DNA of 63,465 bases, the filler included, from Globobulimina sp. (Eukaryota), in NCBI GenBank assembly GCA_003354225.1. It is 33 parts of 33 records of this genome, joined end to end, with 100 filler letters (N's around TTAATTAATTAA, not from the genome) between each part and the next. Parts side by side here need not be neighbours in the genome. Positions count along the whole stretch, not along the records: positions 25,054 to 26,879 come from PIVH01011483.1; positions 26,980 to 28,805 come from PIVH01011484.1; positions 28,906 to 30,731 come from PIVH01011485.1; positions 30,832 to 32,657 come from PIVH01011486.1; positions 32,758 to 34,583 come from PIVH01011487.1; positions 34,684 to 36,509 come from PIVH01011488.1; positions 36,610 to 38,435 come from PIVH01011489.1; 26 more parts are not named here. One strand, 5' to 3'. The notes beneath the pieces are model-generated. The model ran no database searches. It saw nothing but the letters and a program-made list of their open reading frames with translations, and was not told the origin of the DNA. This document shows, piece by piece, positions 25,054 to 36,820 of the stretch. The position numbers and the translations under genes are program-made. The stretch's first letter is position 1. Each line of letters starts with the position of its first letter.

Positions 25054-25687
25054 TGAATATATTAATATTTTATTATTGTTGGCGAGTCACGGCAATGTTT
25101 GCAATGTGATGAAGGAGGTGGCCATCGGAAATGCGTATGGTTTGATGACAGATAAATTGGATGATTTTGTGAAACAGCAATCATTGAAGCAACAGATTTA
25201 TAAATCATTGCGGGATTATCGCGTGTTGTTAGTTGAAGTGTTGTTTCATTCATTTGGAATGGTCAATAATACGCATTATATTGCTAGCTTTCATAATATA
25301 TTGGCAAAGAAAATTGGTGTGGCTGCCTATAATGATCCAAATATTTCTATGCCGACCACAAGTCAGTGTGGTAATTGGCAGAGAAATTTGGACAAAAGAT
25401 ATTTTAGCACATTGTATACAAAGGATAATATTCTAAAGCATATATTAAAACAGATAAAGGAAAATAAAATTGGATATCAAAAGATTGTTAAATTTATGCA
25501 AGATGAATGTCCAAAGAATGTGAATAAAATGGGATTCTTACAACAGGCAATTGATATTGACACAGGCAAGATTTATGAGGATTATATTTGTTGGATGTTG
25601 GAGAAATTGAATGTGTTTATGATTAAAACGGATGATTGGAAAGATATTGTTAAATGTTGGGAGGATATAAAGCCATTACGGCAATAA
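25054..25687 (+). CDS. Hypothetical protein, C-terminal part
   Basis: Open frame of more than 200 aa from the contig start. Confidence 0.55.
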
Positions 25688-25890
25688 TTAGAATATAATA
25701 CATAATTGTTTTGCGTATTTATCATACGAATATTGTTCACTTGTTCTGTATGGTAAACGTTATGAATACTTTTTGTTGATAATCCTTTATTGAAAACTTG
25801 CAGTCTTTCACTGTGGAAAACTTTCGCCTTTCAATCCCTACGCATTTTCTAGCAAACACATCATTTCATAGCATTCATTAATTCCCAAAC

Positions 25891-26514
25891 ATGACAGCCC
25901 GTCTGCCTCATGACTATAAAATAAAATTGCTTATGATTGGAGACAGTGGAGTTGGCAAATCATGCTTGCTGTTGCGATTTAGCAATAACGAGTTTACATC
26001 TTCATTTATAACAACGATTGGAATTGATTTTAAGATAAAAATGATGGAAATCAATGGAAAAAGAGTCAAAGTGCATCTATGGGATACGGCGGGACAAGAA
26101 AGATTTCGCACCATTACCAACGCATATTATCGCGGCGCGCACGGCGTCCTGTTGGTGTATGATGTGACCGATGAACATTCTTTCATGAATATAAGAACCT
26201 GGATGAATAATATCGAGCAACACGCAAACGATTCCATATCCAAAGTGATTGTTGGAAATAAATGTGATATGATCAATGATCGAGTGGTCTCTGCAGAGAA
26301 CGGTAAGAATTTAGCAAGCGAATATAATGTGCCTTTTTATGAAACCTCGGCGAAGACAGATATTAATGTTACAAAAGTATTTGTTGACATCGCCACAGAA
26401 GTTATAAAAAAGAAATTTAGTGAGGAAGAGGAAGAGTACAATAAAAAAGGAAAAAATGTAAAACTACATCCAAATGCAGATAAACAAAGAAATTGTGCTT
26501 GTCAATTGTTGTGA
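25891..26514 (+). CDS. RAB8: Rab8/Sec4-family small GTPase, intronless
   Basis: [48 protein letters not shown] and a C-terminal CQLL prenylation motif. Confidence 0.92.
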   Translation: MTARLPHDYKIKLLMIGDSGVGKSCLLLRFSNNEFTSSFITTIGIDFKIKMMEINGKRVKVHLWDTAGQERFRTITNAYYRGAHGVLLVYDVTDEHSFMNIRTWMNNIEQHANDSISKVIVGNKCDMINDRVVSAENGKNLASEYNVPFYETSAKTDINVTKVFVDIATEVIKKKFSEEEEEYNKKGKNVKLHPNADKQRNCACQLL

Positions 26515-26979
26515 AATTATTGTGTTGTTTTTTGATCGTGAAATAATGGAAAAGAATAGTTTAACTTCTTTTTTTCTAATTTATTTTATCGTGAGTTTTT
26601 TGTTTGTTATAATGAATCTAAACAAATGGAATGGATTAATACCAGATCCAAATGAAATTAGTACATTGGATACGGAGACAGATGGAAACGAGGATAAACA
26701 GCTATATTATTATATAAATTCTGCAAACGGCGTATTTAAAAAACTGTGTTACTAAAAGCTCTATTTATCATGGCAGCTCGGCTAATGTTACCGGCTAAGG
26801 ATCCTTTGGGTTCTCACATGGCTCAACTCCATGAAATGGAAGTCGAAACTATTGATTTAATAAAACAATGTTCATTGCTNNNNNNNNNNNNNNNNNNNNN
26901 NNNNNNNNNNNNNNNNNNNNNNNTTAATTAATTAANNNNNNNNNNNNNNNNNNNNNNNNNNNNNNNNNNNNNNNNNNNN

Positions 26980-28610
26980 TCCAAGGACCAGTCATCAACG
27001 CCGAGAACTTGCCAGTTATTTTGCGTCGCAGTGATCAGTGAGGTGTCCCTCTGCGGTGAATACGCCACGACTTTGCCAGCACCGCATAATTCTTGCGATA
27101 TCATCCATAAATTATACGAACTATAACACAAATATCGGTCTGTTACATCCGACAATAAATAATAAGACTCACCATTATGACATCCCGATGGGTGCCAATC
27201 TCCATTATATGACCTACCATCTTCGTCCAATGCCATTGCATCTATGCGCAAACAACTAAAATAAGTACAGGCCAATGAGGGAATGCTGGGCGTATTTGCT
27301 ATGTGTTTGCTATGTTTTATCCATATATCAGTTTGCTGTGCATAGCAGGCAGTACCTGGTGGAGGAGTAGGCGCAGTGCCTCCGCTGTCCCGACAATCAT
27401 AAACTTCGCAGGCAGTTTCATCGACCCATCCCGTACTCGAAAGCGCTCTGAAATTGCCGCCACATTCCGTCAGCTGAGCCTCTCGACAGTAGCCTTTGAC
27501 TGACGTAGCCCCGACGGAGAGAGAAATTAGCCAGAAACCATAAGTTGCATGAAAATATAAGTAATATCCATTCAAATAATATGCATTCTTACCGGCGTAG
27601 CTGCCTTCTCGAGCCCAATTGCCATTAAATCCAGAGATCCCATTTGCATTTCTCAGACCAAAGCAGCTCCATTCACCATCACCATCACCTGCTTATTTTA
27701 TAGTAGCTATGCAATTCCATGCAATGTATACATATACGCATACCTGCAGTGCTTGGCATTGGTGTCGGCCAGCTGGCTGTGGGTCGCGTGGGGTTTGGTG
27801 CCGGCTGCGGTGTTGGCGGTGCCTCAGTGGTCGTAGTGGTCGGTGGGTCCTCTTCGTTATCATCGTAATTGGAAACGACAGCGCGTGAATTGGCATTTGA
27901 CGGCACAGACAAACATGTTAAGCCAGCATTATTATAGAAATATTCTTGTACCGAAGTGATTGAACAAGAACTAAATCGGTCATAGCCACCGCCCATAATA
28001 TAGTTATCATCACAGCCAACATTCGCATCATGCGACATTCCAAAGTTATGACCCAATTCATGCTCCATTGTTTTGACGATATAATCCAAGCCCCATCCTT
28101 CATAAATATCAGACACTGAGCCGCTTCCTTTGCAAATCTGTCCGATGTTGCCCCAGCCAGCTGTACCTGCACTAAATGCAATGTCTGAAATTAATTGAAC
28201 GTTATCAAAGGTGCTGACATCTTTGTATTGGTAGAGCCAGTTTTTTAATGTACGTAACCAACTTAATCCATTTACGGCGCACTCACTGTACGATGTCATG
28301 CATGCGGTTGATAGCCAGGTCGGTGCTGACAGCAAATATAAATATAAATTATATATATTTTAGTCATATCAAAATAGAAAAATAATGCTATTTGAATGAT
28401 ACCTAAATTGTAATATTGCCCGGTAAACGCAAATATTACTTCTAATTCTACCCATTTGACCTTCACTGCACCTATTCCGCCTACGTATGCTCCCCAATTT
28501 GTTGCCGCATAATCTGCCGATACTTGGTTGACAATGTCAGCAAACTCTGCGTATAACGCGCCATACCAACCAGCACCTAAACAAAAACGGAAAGCACACA
28601 AAGCCGACAA
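26980..28610 (-). CDS. Reprolysin/ADAM-type (M12B) zinc metalloprotease with P/T-rich linkers and repeated extracellular modules, multi-exon, partial
   Basis: HELGHNFGMSHD zinc motif, Met-turn YIM and FSSCS; GT-AG introns near 28395-28330, 27742-27690 and 27340-27270. Confidence 0.85.
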
Positions 28611-28905
28611 ATTATGGTATGTAATATATGTGATACCTTATTCATTTTGATTTGTTTTTTTTACGGTCTATCAACTCTGACTGCATAAATTTGCCTTCTT
28701 CGTTGATTCTATATCGCGGCAATACTTTAGAATTATAATTGTTTATTGCCAAATCTCTCATATTCTCCATTTTTTTATTTGTAAATAGGATTAAATCATT
28801 ATCTANNNNNNNNNNNNNNNNNNNNNNNNNNNNNNNNNNNNNNNNNNNNTTAATTAATTAANNNNNNNNNNNNNNNNNNNNNNNNNNNNNNNNNNNNNNN
28901 NNNNN

Positions 28906-29358
28906 GGGTTGCTTCACTTGCTTGTTACTATTATTATTATTATTATTATTTGGTTTATAATCATTACGTTGATTGTTGTTATTATTATTGTTATTATTGT
29001 GATATCGATTTTCATCAATTTCATTGCTATTATATTGCAATTCATTAAAATTGGTTCTAGTTTGATTATATGAATGTGATCTTGGTCGTTCACCACCGTG
29101 CCGCCACCACCGCCGAATACGGGCACGACTACGAGCACTACCATGAACACCACCACCACCACCTTGATATCTCATATTATACGCATTATGAAATGTATTC
29201 GGTGTTGGATCATCATACATTGTTTGTTCATATATTGGTGGTTCATATGGTGGGTAATATAGTGATTCATAGATTCGTCTTGGTGGCTGACTCATCGCTG
29301 TTGGGTGATGTTGTGGACATTGCCAATCACAATAATATCCATGAGGACATGATTGCAT
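28906..29358 (-). CDS. Low-complexity (P/Y, G/R, poly-N) hypothetical protein, 3' partial
   Basis: ATG-started ORF open to the contig edge, divergent from the AKR gene. Confidence 0.5.
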
Positions 29359-29415
29359 GGTTTCAGTAAAAAATTGTTTTTAAAAAAAACAGCTTAAATA
29401 AATCTTTAGAATAAC

Positions 29416-30591
29416 ATGTCAGCAGATCCGACAAAATATACCAAAAAAGATGCAACTAAATTACCTTTACCATTGTTTAAAGTTGTTACAGCAATTGGAC
29501 TGACCTCATTTTGTATATATTGGTATATTAAACAAAACAGCAGAATGGCATGGTCGCGTGCTTTAGCTGTATGTAAAGATCAACACATTGGAGATGGTAA
29601 ATTAATGCCGTTAAAACAATTAAATAATAAAATGAATATTCCAATGCTTGGTTTGGGGACCTGGGGATTAGGAAATATGAATGCAAATGGATTTGAATCA
29701 TTTGATAAAACAGTAATTGACAATGCATTAAGTCATGCAATAAATACAGCTGGTTATAGATTAATTGACTGCGCCTCGGATTATCAAAATGAATATTTAA
29801 TTGGCGATTCTTTATCGAAAATCATTGACTCGAATCAAATAACACGACAAGAATTATTCATTGTGAGTAAATTAAACCAAAATTATCATCAAAAAGAACA
29901 TGTTAAGAAACAATTGATCAAAACCTTAAACGATTTAAAATTGGATTACTTGGATTTATTTTTGATACATTGGCCCTTTTCATTTGAATATCTTGATTTT
30001 GATGAGAATGAAAGAGGCTTTGCTGTTGATTATGATTCTTGGACAACATTGAAAATGCCAGGTATTCCATTACAAGAAACATGGCGCGCAATGGAAGAAT
30101 TAGTGGATGAAGGATTGGTAAAATCAATTGGTGTCTGCAATTTTAATGTTCAATTATTATATGAATTATTGAGTTATGCGCGAATAAAACCAGTCATTAA
30201 TCAAATTGAATTGCATCCATACAATCAACAAGAAAATCTCATTAAATTTTGTCATTTTGCAGGGATTGATGTGATGGCTTATTCGCCATTGGGTACACCC
30301 GGCAATAAAGAAGATAATGATAAAGTGTTATTGGACAATGATATGTTGCATGAGATTGGAAATAAATATGGAGTGAGTGCTGCCCAAGTTGCATTAAAAT
30401 GGAATGTGCTAAGAGATGTAATTGTTGTTACAAAAAGTAATAATATTGACCGTCTCTCCGAAAATAAATCTATATTACATTTCAAACTCAATCAACAAGA
30501 CATGGCGCAAATTAATGGTATTAATACAAATTTGAGATATTTACGACCGGAAAATTGGGGAACTACAAGTAACATACCTGTGTTTGACTGA
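29416..30591 (+). CDS. Aldo-keto reductase with an N-terminal hydrophobic anchor
   Basis: GLGTW, IDCASDY, SKL, LDLFLIHWP, KSIGVCNF, NQIELHPY, AYSPLG; catalytic D/Y/K/H present. Confidence 0.95.
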   Translation: MSADPTKYTKKDATKLPLPLFKVVTAIGLTSFCIYWYIKQNSRMAWSRALAVCKDQHIGDGKLMPLKQLNNKMNIPMLGLGTWGLGNMNANGFESFDKTVIDNALSHAINTAGYRLIDCASDYQNEYLIGDSLSKIIDSNQITRQELFIVSKLNQNYHQKEHVKKQLIKTLNDLKLDYLDLFLIHWPFSFEYLDFDENERGFAVDYDSWTTLKMPGIPLQETWRAMEELVDEGLVKSIGVCNFNVQLLYELLSYARIKPVINQIELHPYNQQENLIKFCHFAGIDVMAYSPLGTPGNKEDNDKVLLDNDMLHEIGNKYGVSAAQVALKWNVLRDVIVVTKSNNIDRLSENKSILHFKLNQQDMAQINGINTNLRYLRPENWGTTSNIPVFD

Positions 30592-30831
30592 TATTCGTTT
30601 AATTACTTTTTTTTCTTTGTTACTAGTACAACACTTTTTTTCTTTGTCATAACCAAGCAACATTTGAAAACCCTGAAAATATGAAATATGTTTCTAAATA
30701 ATTTCAGAATAGAATTTGATCATATTTTATTNNNNNNNNNNNNNNNNNNNNNNNNNNNNNNNNNNNNNNNNNNNNTTAATTAATTAANNNNNNNNNNNNN
30801 NNNNNNNNNNNNNNNNNNNNNNNNNNNNNNN

Positions 30832-32657
30832 CAACCCGAAAACGATAGAAACGAAAGTGTTTTCGCAAATCCATTCAACCCGGATCCGTTACAAGAGCCC
30901 ATAAATAGTATAAACACGCACAAAAAGTATGCCATTCCCTTTGATAATAACGAAAACATGGCAGTGCACAATGAAGGAGATGATATCTGGGCGAATTGGA
31001 ATGTCCCCTTTGGCCACGATGACACAAATACAAATACAAATAATGAGTTAACCGATCAACACGCAAACAATGATTCGAATGACAGCATACACGCCAATGA
31101 GTCCAATACGAATAGCAAAGCGAGGAAAAGTGAAATATTCGCAGACCCATTTCATTGGGACACCGACGACGAAAATAATAACCATGAGGACGGAATCGAC
31201 GAATATGAGTCTTATGACTATGGTGTCGACAATAGACGCGCCTCCATGCTCGACATCGATGTCACTGCGCCCTTCAAAGACCCATTCCATCGCACACCGA
31301 CAACGCTGTCACATATTCAGTCGCAAGACAGTGTTGAGTTTGATATTGATATCGATGCAGAGTTCAAACAAAACGACAATATATTTGGCAATCCCTTCAA
31401 TAAAAACGAGGCCAAAACTGATCTCGATCTGATATCAAGTGATGAAAATAGCAAGCACAGCGAGGATTTATTGCGATTGTTATTTGGCGAAAAGATACAG
31501 CCAAAAGATCAGGAACCAGCACCAGAAGCACATGGTTATGCGAACCCATTCCATCCGAATACTGACATCCAAATTGCATTGTCGCCAATGCTTCAAATTA
31601 TCGATATTGACAATGATAAATTGCCGCCAATTATCGATCTGAAGCTATCCAATACGCACAGCAATCACGTGCTGACTCCCGTGCCTCTGCCAGAAAAACG
31701 AGTGAGTACCGTTATCAATGCGGATACGCCCATTTTTGCCGCCTCTTTTGATGAATATCTAGAAACAGAAGAATATACTTACACTAGTACTTTCCCACAA
31801 ATTACAGCGCAAATCATTCAACCTGAGATTATTAATCATGACAAAGATGACCATGACGAAAAAAAAAATGAGCATCTCAAAGAAACAGGTATAACAATTC
31901 TGAATTGTGAATCGTTTCCAGTTTCACTGTCTGTATACATATATATATAATAATATAAACAGCAACAGTTCCAAAGGGGGGCTCCTTGTCATTCAGTTGG
32001 AGCAGTAACAGTCGCGACAGTTTATACGATGTTGTACAGCAACCAACGCCACCAACTCCAAAGATAATGAACGAGGAATTATACCAATTATTGGCAGGAT
32101 TGTTGGAGAAAACCATGGAGAAACCTCGCGCTCATTACATGGTCGAAGGAGTGCCGTGGCAGAAATGGGAGTGTCTGGATTGGCCGAGCCACGTTAAGCC
32201 GCCAGAGACACTGAAACAAGTACGCGATAGGTTGGAGGATAACGGATATGACACTCCAGGGCAGTTTGCGGAAAACGTGAGGAATGTGTTCAGAAACTAT
32301 ACCTCGTATCATTGGATCCGGAAAGGGCTGGGCCAATATAGAGTGAATACAAAAGCTGGCATATTGTGGGAAGAGTTTGATTTCGAATATTTCCAAGTGT
32401 TGCATGATGAATCTGAGCAACGCAAACGCGAGGAATCGAGGAAGAGAGCGATCGATGAGGCGAAGGAGAATAACGGTCCAGAACATGAGTTTAGTAATAC
32501 ACACACACCCACAGAGGCAGAGGAGGTGGAAGATGATGACGGCGAGGCGGAGCACACCGAGGAAGAGAAGGAAAGTCGGACTGGACGGGACAAGAAGGTT
32601 AGTTTTGTGGTGGAGGCGTTGGATAAAGATGTGCTGGACGACGAGGGCGAGTTTGCT
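30832..32657 (+). CDS. NPF/DPF-motif acidic protein spliced (intron 31889-31962) to an atypical bromodomain-like domain, partial at both ends
   Basis: NPF x3 and DPF x2. A 74-nt GT-AG intron restores the frame into ORF 31986. The segment VKPPETLKQVRDRLEDNGYDTPGQFAENVRNVFRNYTSYH follows the bromodomain pattern. Confidence 0.65.
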
Positions 32658-32826
32658 NNNNNNNNNNNNNNNNNNNNNNNNNNNNNNNNNNNNNNNNNNN
32701 NTTAATTAATTAANNNNNNNNNNNNNNNNNNNNNNNNNNNNNNNNNNNNNNNNNNNNTGCGTTGCCCCCTGGATCCACTTTTGGATTCATACAGACTCTC
32801 AGAGGGATGTTCGAGCAATCTGTGAG

Positions 32827-32883
32827 TCTGGAATCAGACCTCAGGCCTGATTGAATTTTGCCCCACTACTTACCTAGCTGTGT
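32827..32883 (+). mobile_element. MIR-like SINE fragment (possible mammalian contaminant at contig end)
   Basis: TCTGGAATCAGAC...TTGAAT...CCACTACTTACCTAGCTGTGT resembles the MIR core TCTGGAGTCAGAC...TTCGAAT...CCACTTACTAGCTGTGT, compared from memory. Confidence 0.4.
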
Positions 32884-33092
32884 AGTGTGTACAGATTAAT
32901 GAGATTGTAACATTATTGAGATTGTAACATTATTATACACCACTACTAGTATCCTAGAGAAACATTGATGATTAATAATTATAAAAAGAAGAAAATGAAA
33001 GTATTATTTTATGATTTAATTTAATCAGTATTGGACTGTTTTTAATCTAACACATTTTAAATATTAATTAATTAACAATACAACCATAGTTT

Positions 33093-34583
33093 TTAAGTAA
33101 ATATGACTTTATATTCAATGAGTAATGATTCAAGAACAAATAGTAAATACAAAACAGCAAAAACGTATGATAATTTTCGGCTTAATTTCCATTGAAACTG
33201 TTGTATTGATAGAATAACAAAAGCGACCATTAAAAATAGTGACAAAACCATAATTGTCATTCCATCCGATTTAATAAAAACACTTGAACCAGGATCAACA
33301 ATTGCGGTTTTAATGAACCATGGAAATGGTAAACCGAATAATATATCAAAAATATTTGATCCAATCGACGATGAGACCGCCATATCCCCTCTTCCTTTTT
33401 TTGCCACAGCCAATGATGACAACATATCAGGTATCGATGTACCCGCTGCTAATATGGTAATACCCATAATTGGCTCAGGAATCGATGCCGTAATTCCAAT
33501 TTCCGAGGCCATCCAAACCATAATATACGACAATGTCGCAATCCATAGTATACACGCTACAAACGATAAGCCCCAATATTTATCATTCATCGCTTTTTTG
33601 GTATCAACAATCGTATAAAACATTAAAATATGTAATGGCGACATTAATAGAAACATGCATTTATCATATATACTGTCATCAGCTGCGGATGGATAATGCC
33701 ACCGTTTTATTGGTCCATCATCATCTGCATCGGCATCAGCATCGTGACCATGATTCACCATCAGCATCGGCTTAAGTTCACCATCAGTCTGTATATTATC
33801 TGTAACAGGAACTATTGCTAAATTGAAATTTCCTTTGTAACTGCGAGATACTCGCGAACCACGAACAACATAATGTTCTTCAAAACTTTTAGTACCGTCC
33901 GACATTACAATCATTCGAATAGTTGGCGTTGTATCACGTTCAAAAAATAATATTTTTTTACCACATTTATCAGGTTGATGATCGCGAGCAGCTATATTCC
34001 GAATGCAAATGGTATTATCATATTGAAACTTTGTTTTTGCCATAGATTCAGGAGATAATCTGGTTTTACTTTTATTTTTATGCTCAGACTCTTGTATATT
34101 GATATTATCACTGGTTTGACTCTCATTTATCGATTGCAATGATGGCCGCGACGACGGCGATAAAGCCGTACTGATATTTGAGGATAATATCTCAATTTTT
34201 CGAATTTCAGATTCTAAGTTATCTTCTTCAGATTTTGGAATATTGCTTGAGTTTGACACAACAATCGCCATATCATTTGTTTGTGTACCCGTTGCAATAT
34301 GGATGGTATTCAATTGTTCCATTAATTTAAAAATTCGAAATGAACGCGCAGTACGACCTAATCGCAATAATCTCAATGCGCGGACAGCACCGGACCCTGC
34401 GGATTGTGTTAAAATATATTCCACGATGATTAAAACCACTAATACGCCATCCATCGCATTCCAAACATCGACCCAATATGACAATGGACCATAGCCATAT
34501 AATTTTAATGCCATTTCAATCACAAAAAATAATGAAATATAACGGTTTACCTGTTCCGCCATTGGCGACTCGTAAAAGAATAA
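33093..34583 (-). CDS. Voltage-sensing domain fused to the C-terminal half of a K+-dependent Na+/Ca2+ exchanger (NCKX/SLC24-like), 5' partial
   Basis: S2 [14 protein letters not shown]3 [10 protein letters not shown] and S4 [20 protein letters not shown], then the alpha-2 repeat [17 protein letters not shown]...[21 protein letters not shown] in the same stop-free frame. Confidence 0.9.
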   Translation of the reverse strand, partial: LFFYESPMAEQVNRYISLFFVIEMALKLYGYGPLSYWVDVWNAMDGVLVVLIIVEYILTQSAGSGAVRALRLLRLGRTARSFRIFKLMEQLNTIHIATGTQTNDMAIVVSNSSNIPKSEEDNLESEIRKIEILSSNISTALSPSSRPSLQSINESQTSDNINIQESEHKNKSKTRLSPESMAKTKFQYDNTICIRNIAARDHQPDKCGKKILFFERDTTPTIRMIVMSDGTKSFEEHYVVRGSRVSRSYKGNFNLAIVPVTDNIQTDGELKPMLMVNHGHDADADADDDGPIKRWHYPSAADDSIYDKCMFLLMSPLHILMFYTIVDTKKAMNDKYWGLSFVACILWIATLSYIMVWMASEIGITASIPEPIMGITILAAGTSIPDMLSSLAVAKKGRGDMAVSSSIGSNIFDILFGLPFPWFIKTAIVDPGSSVFIKSDGMTIMVLSLFLMVAFVILSIQQFQWKLSRKLSYVFAVLYLLFVLESLLIEYKVIFT

Positions 34584-34683
34584 NNNNNNNNNNNNNNNNN
34601 NNNNNNNNNNNNNNNNNNNNNNNNNNNTTAATTAATTAANNNNNNNNNNNNNNNNNNNNNNNNNNNNNNNNNNNNNNNNNNNN

Positions 34684-35349
34684 AGAAATATTGAAAAGGC
34701 TCATTACATTTTTGGTTTTGGTTCATTGATCAATACAAGATCAAGGAATAACACTTGCAAAACATCTGATGCATATCCAATCAGACTGCATAATTACAAA
34801 CGACGGTGGAATCGTTTGGAAGGTCCAACACAGCCATGGATGGGAATAATACCAATTAAAGGTTGCACTGTAAATGGTGTGGTATTTAAAGCAAATGAAA
34901 CGATGATCAAAGCATTTGATGCAAGAGAGCTAAAATGGGGATATCAGAGAAAACAAATATGCATTGAAAATATTGAATTATTAACAGATAAAATAACCTT
35001 AAATCATAAAAATGATGTGATTGAAACTTATGAATTGCCATTTTTGCACCAACAAGAAAATAATAAGATGGATATAAATAGCGATGAATATAAAAATCTA
35101 AGACTTAATCCTCAATGTTACATTGATATTGTTTTGAAAGGATGTATGGAATATGGCGAGGAATTTGCAAAGGAATTTATCCGCACTATGTTTGATTGGA
35201 GATATAAATGGAAACTAAATCGATGTGATCCAAACCACAGAGCGGGATGGAATTTAACGAATAATGAATGTCAATATATTGATAAAATGATGAAAGAAAA
35301 TATTCCCAAGTATCATAATTTTGTCCCGCTACATTTGAAAAACACTTAA
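34684..35349 (+). CDS. Gamma-glutamylcyclotransferase-like (GGCT/ChaC fold) protein, 5' partial
   Basis: HYIFGFGSLIN, VNGVVF, FDARE..Y.R and YIDIVLKGC. Confidence 0.75.
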   Translation, partial: RNIEKAHYIFGFGSLINTRSRNNTCKTSDAYPIRLHNYKRRWNRLEGPTQPWMGIIPIKGCTVNGVVFKANETMIKAFDARELKWGYQRKQICIENIELLTDKITLNHKNDVIETYELPFLHQQENNKMDINSDEYKNLRLNPQCYIDIVLKGCMEYGEEFAKEFIRTMFDWRYKWKLNRCDPNHRAGWNLTNNECQYIDKMMKENIPKYHNFVPLHLKNT

Positions 35350-35534
35350 CCAGATATTTAAATAAAATCAGATGACTAACATATTTAAATAAAATCATAT
35401 TTACATTAAGTCAGAGCTGATCAGAGCTAGGTTTTTGGTATGACTCTGAACTCAATTCAGCATCGTGTATATTAAATTAGTCAGACGCATACAACAAAAA
35501 ATCTGCATTACACACACATATATACACATTTCAT

Positions 35535-36509
35535 ACATCAATCCCACACAGACTCAGTATCCTGATATGCATTTTTAAATATATTCCCACTCATCAAATC
35601 ATTCAAATCATCATCCGATGAGCTGCTACTCTCTTCCTCCACTTTTACGTCAGGCACAATCTGTATATATATAACGTTAACCATAATAATTTCATATATA
35701 TATATATCAACATTTTATATTTTTTATAACTTTTTTTGGTGTTGCTTTTACAACACTTTTCTTTTTCGTTTCCTTTTTCTTAGTGATATTTTTTTTTGCT
35801 ACCTTTGATTTCAAATTAAAATTGTATCTATTCCTTGATTGCATGGGCATAGCCACTGGAATTGCCGAAGATAGCCGCAATATTTCAGCCGCATCGGGTA
35901 CACTCGACCTTCGTTTAACATGTTTATTTTTAGCACTTTTCTTATCTTTTTTCTTTGACTTAGTCTTATTTTTCTTTGCCTGTTTATCCAAATTGAACCC
36001 ACCGCGAATTAATGCTAACGATGGATGTGTTTGATGCAAATTTGGCACACTCGATCTGCGCGCTTTTTTATGTCGTTTAATTAGAAAATCATAGCTTTCC
36101 CGTTTAATCAGATTTGCAGGATTTGATTTTTTATTCTCTCGCCACAAATTATTATTTCTTTTGATATATCCATCCATTCGATTGTTGTACATTAAATAGC
36201 TAATATCCAATGAGAATTTTATTATATTTTTATTTTTCTCCATAACCTCACAAAAAGAGACCACAGTCTGAGAGCCAATATTGTGGAAAGAATTGGATAA
36301 TCTGAATATATGTAGAATGTATTCACTATGATTACCGCTATCGAGTTTGCATATTATTATGGTACAAAAATACGCGATAATCACAGTGGATACATTCCAT
36401 TAATATCTTATTAATGCACTACCTTAAAACTCGTAAATCCGGCGGATTTTTAGATAAATAATTAACGATTTCAATGCAGCCATTATCAGTGATAGGATTT
36501 GATTCTAAT
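35535..36509 (-). CDS. Tropomodulin-like LRR fragment followed by a Lys-rich RRSSVP-repeat tail, multi-exon, partial
   Basis: LSNSFHNIGSQTVVSFCEVMEKNKNIIKFSLD...IKRNNNL resembles the tropomodulin LRR end. A last exon VPDVKVEEESSSSSDDDL... follows an AT-rich intron. Confidence 0.45.
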
Positions 36510-36750
36510 NNNNNNNNNNNNNNNNNNNNNNNNNNNNNNNNNNNNNNNNNNNNTTAATTAATTAANNNNNNNNNNNNNNNNNNNNNNNNNNNNNNNNNNN
36601 NNNNNNNNNGGCGAGAATATGTGTATATGATGATTTGGATGATATTGGAATTAGTGACAACGAACATAAGTCCCTATTTTTGACTCATATTTACCAATTA
36701 TATTTATATGAACCCTACAATAAATAATCCCTCGTTTCGTGTCCTTTTGT

Positions 36751-36798
36751 AAAAATCAAGTTAGTAAGTATTAAAAATCAAGTTAGTAAGTATTAAAA
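36751..36798. repeat. Exact 22-nt tandem duplication AAAAATCAAGTTAGTAAGTATT upstream of the TBC gene
   Basis: Two adjacent copies are visible directly. Confidence 0.85.
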
Positions 36799-36820
36799 AA
36801 AACAGCTATACCTACTTTGA

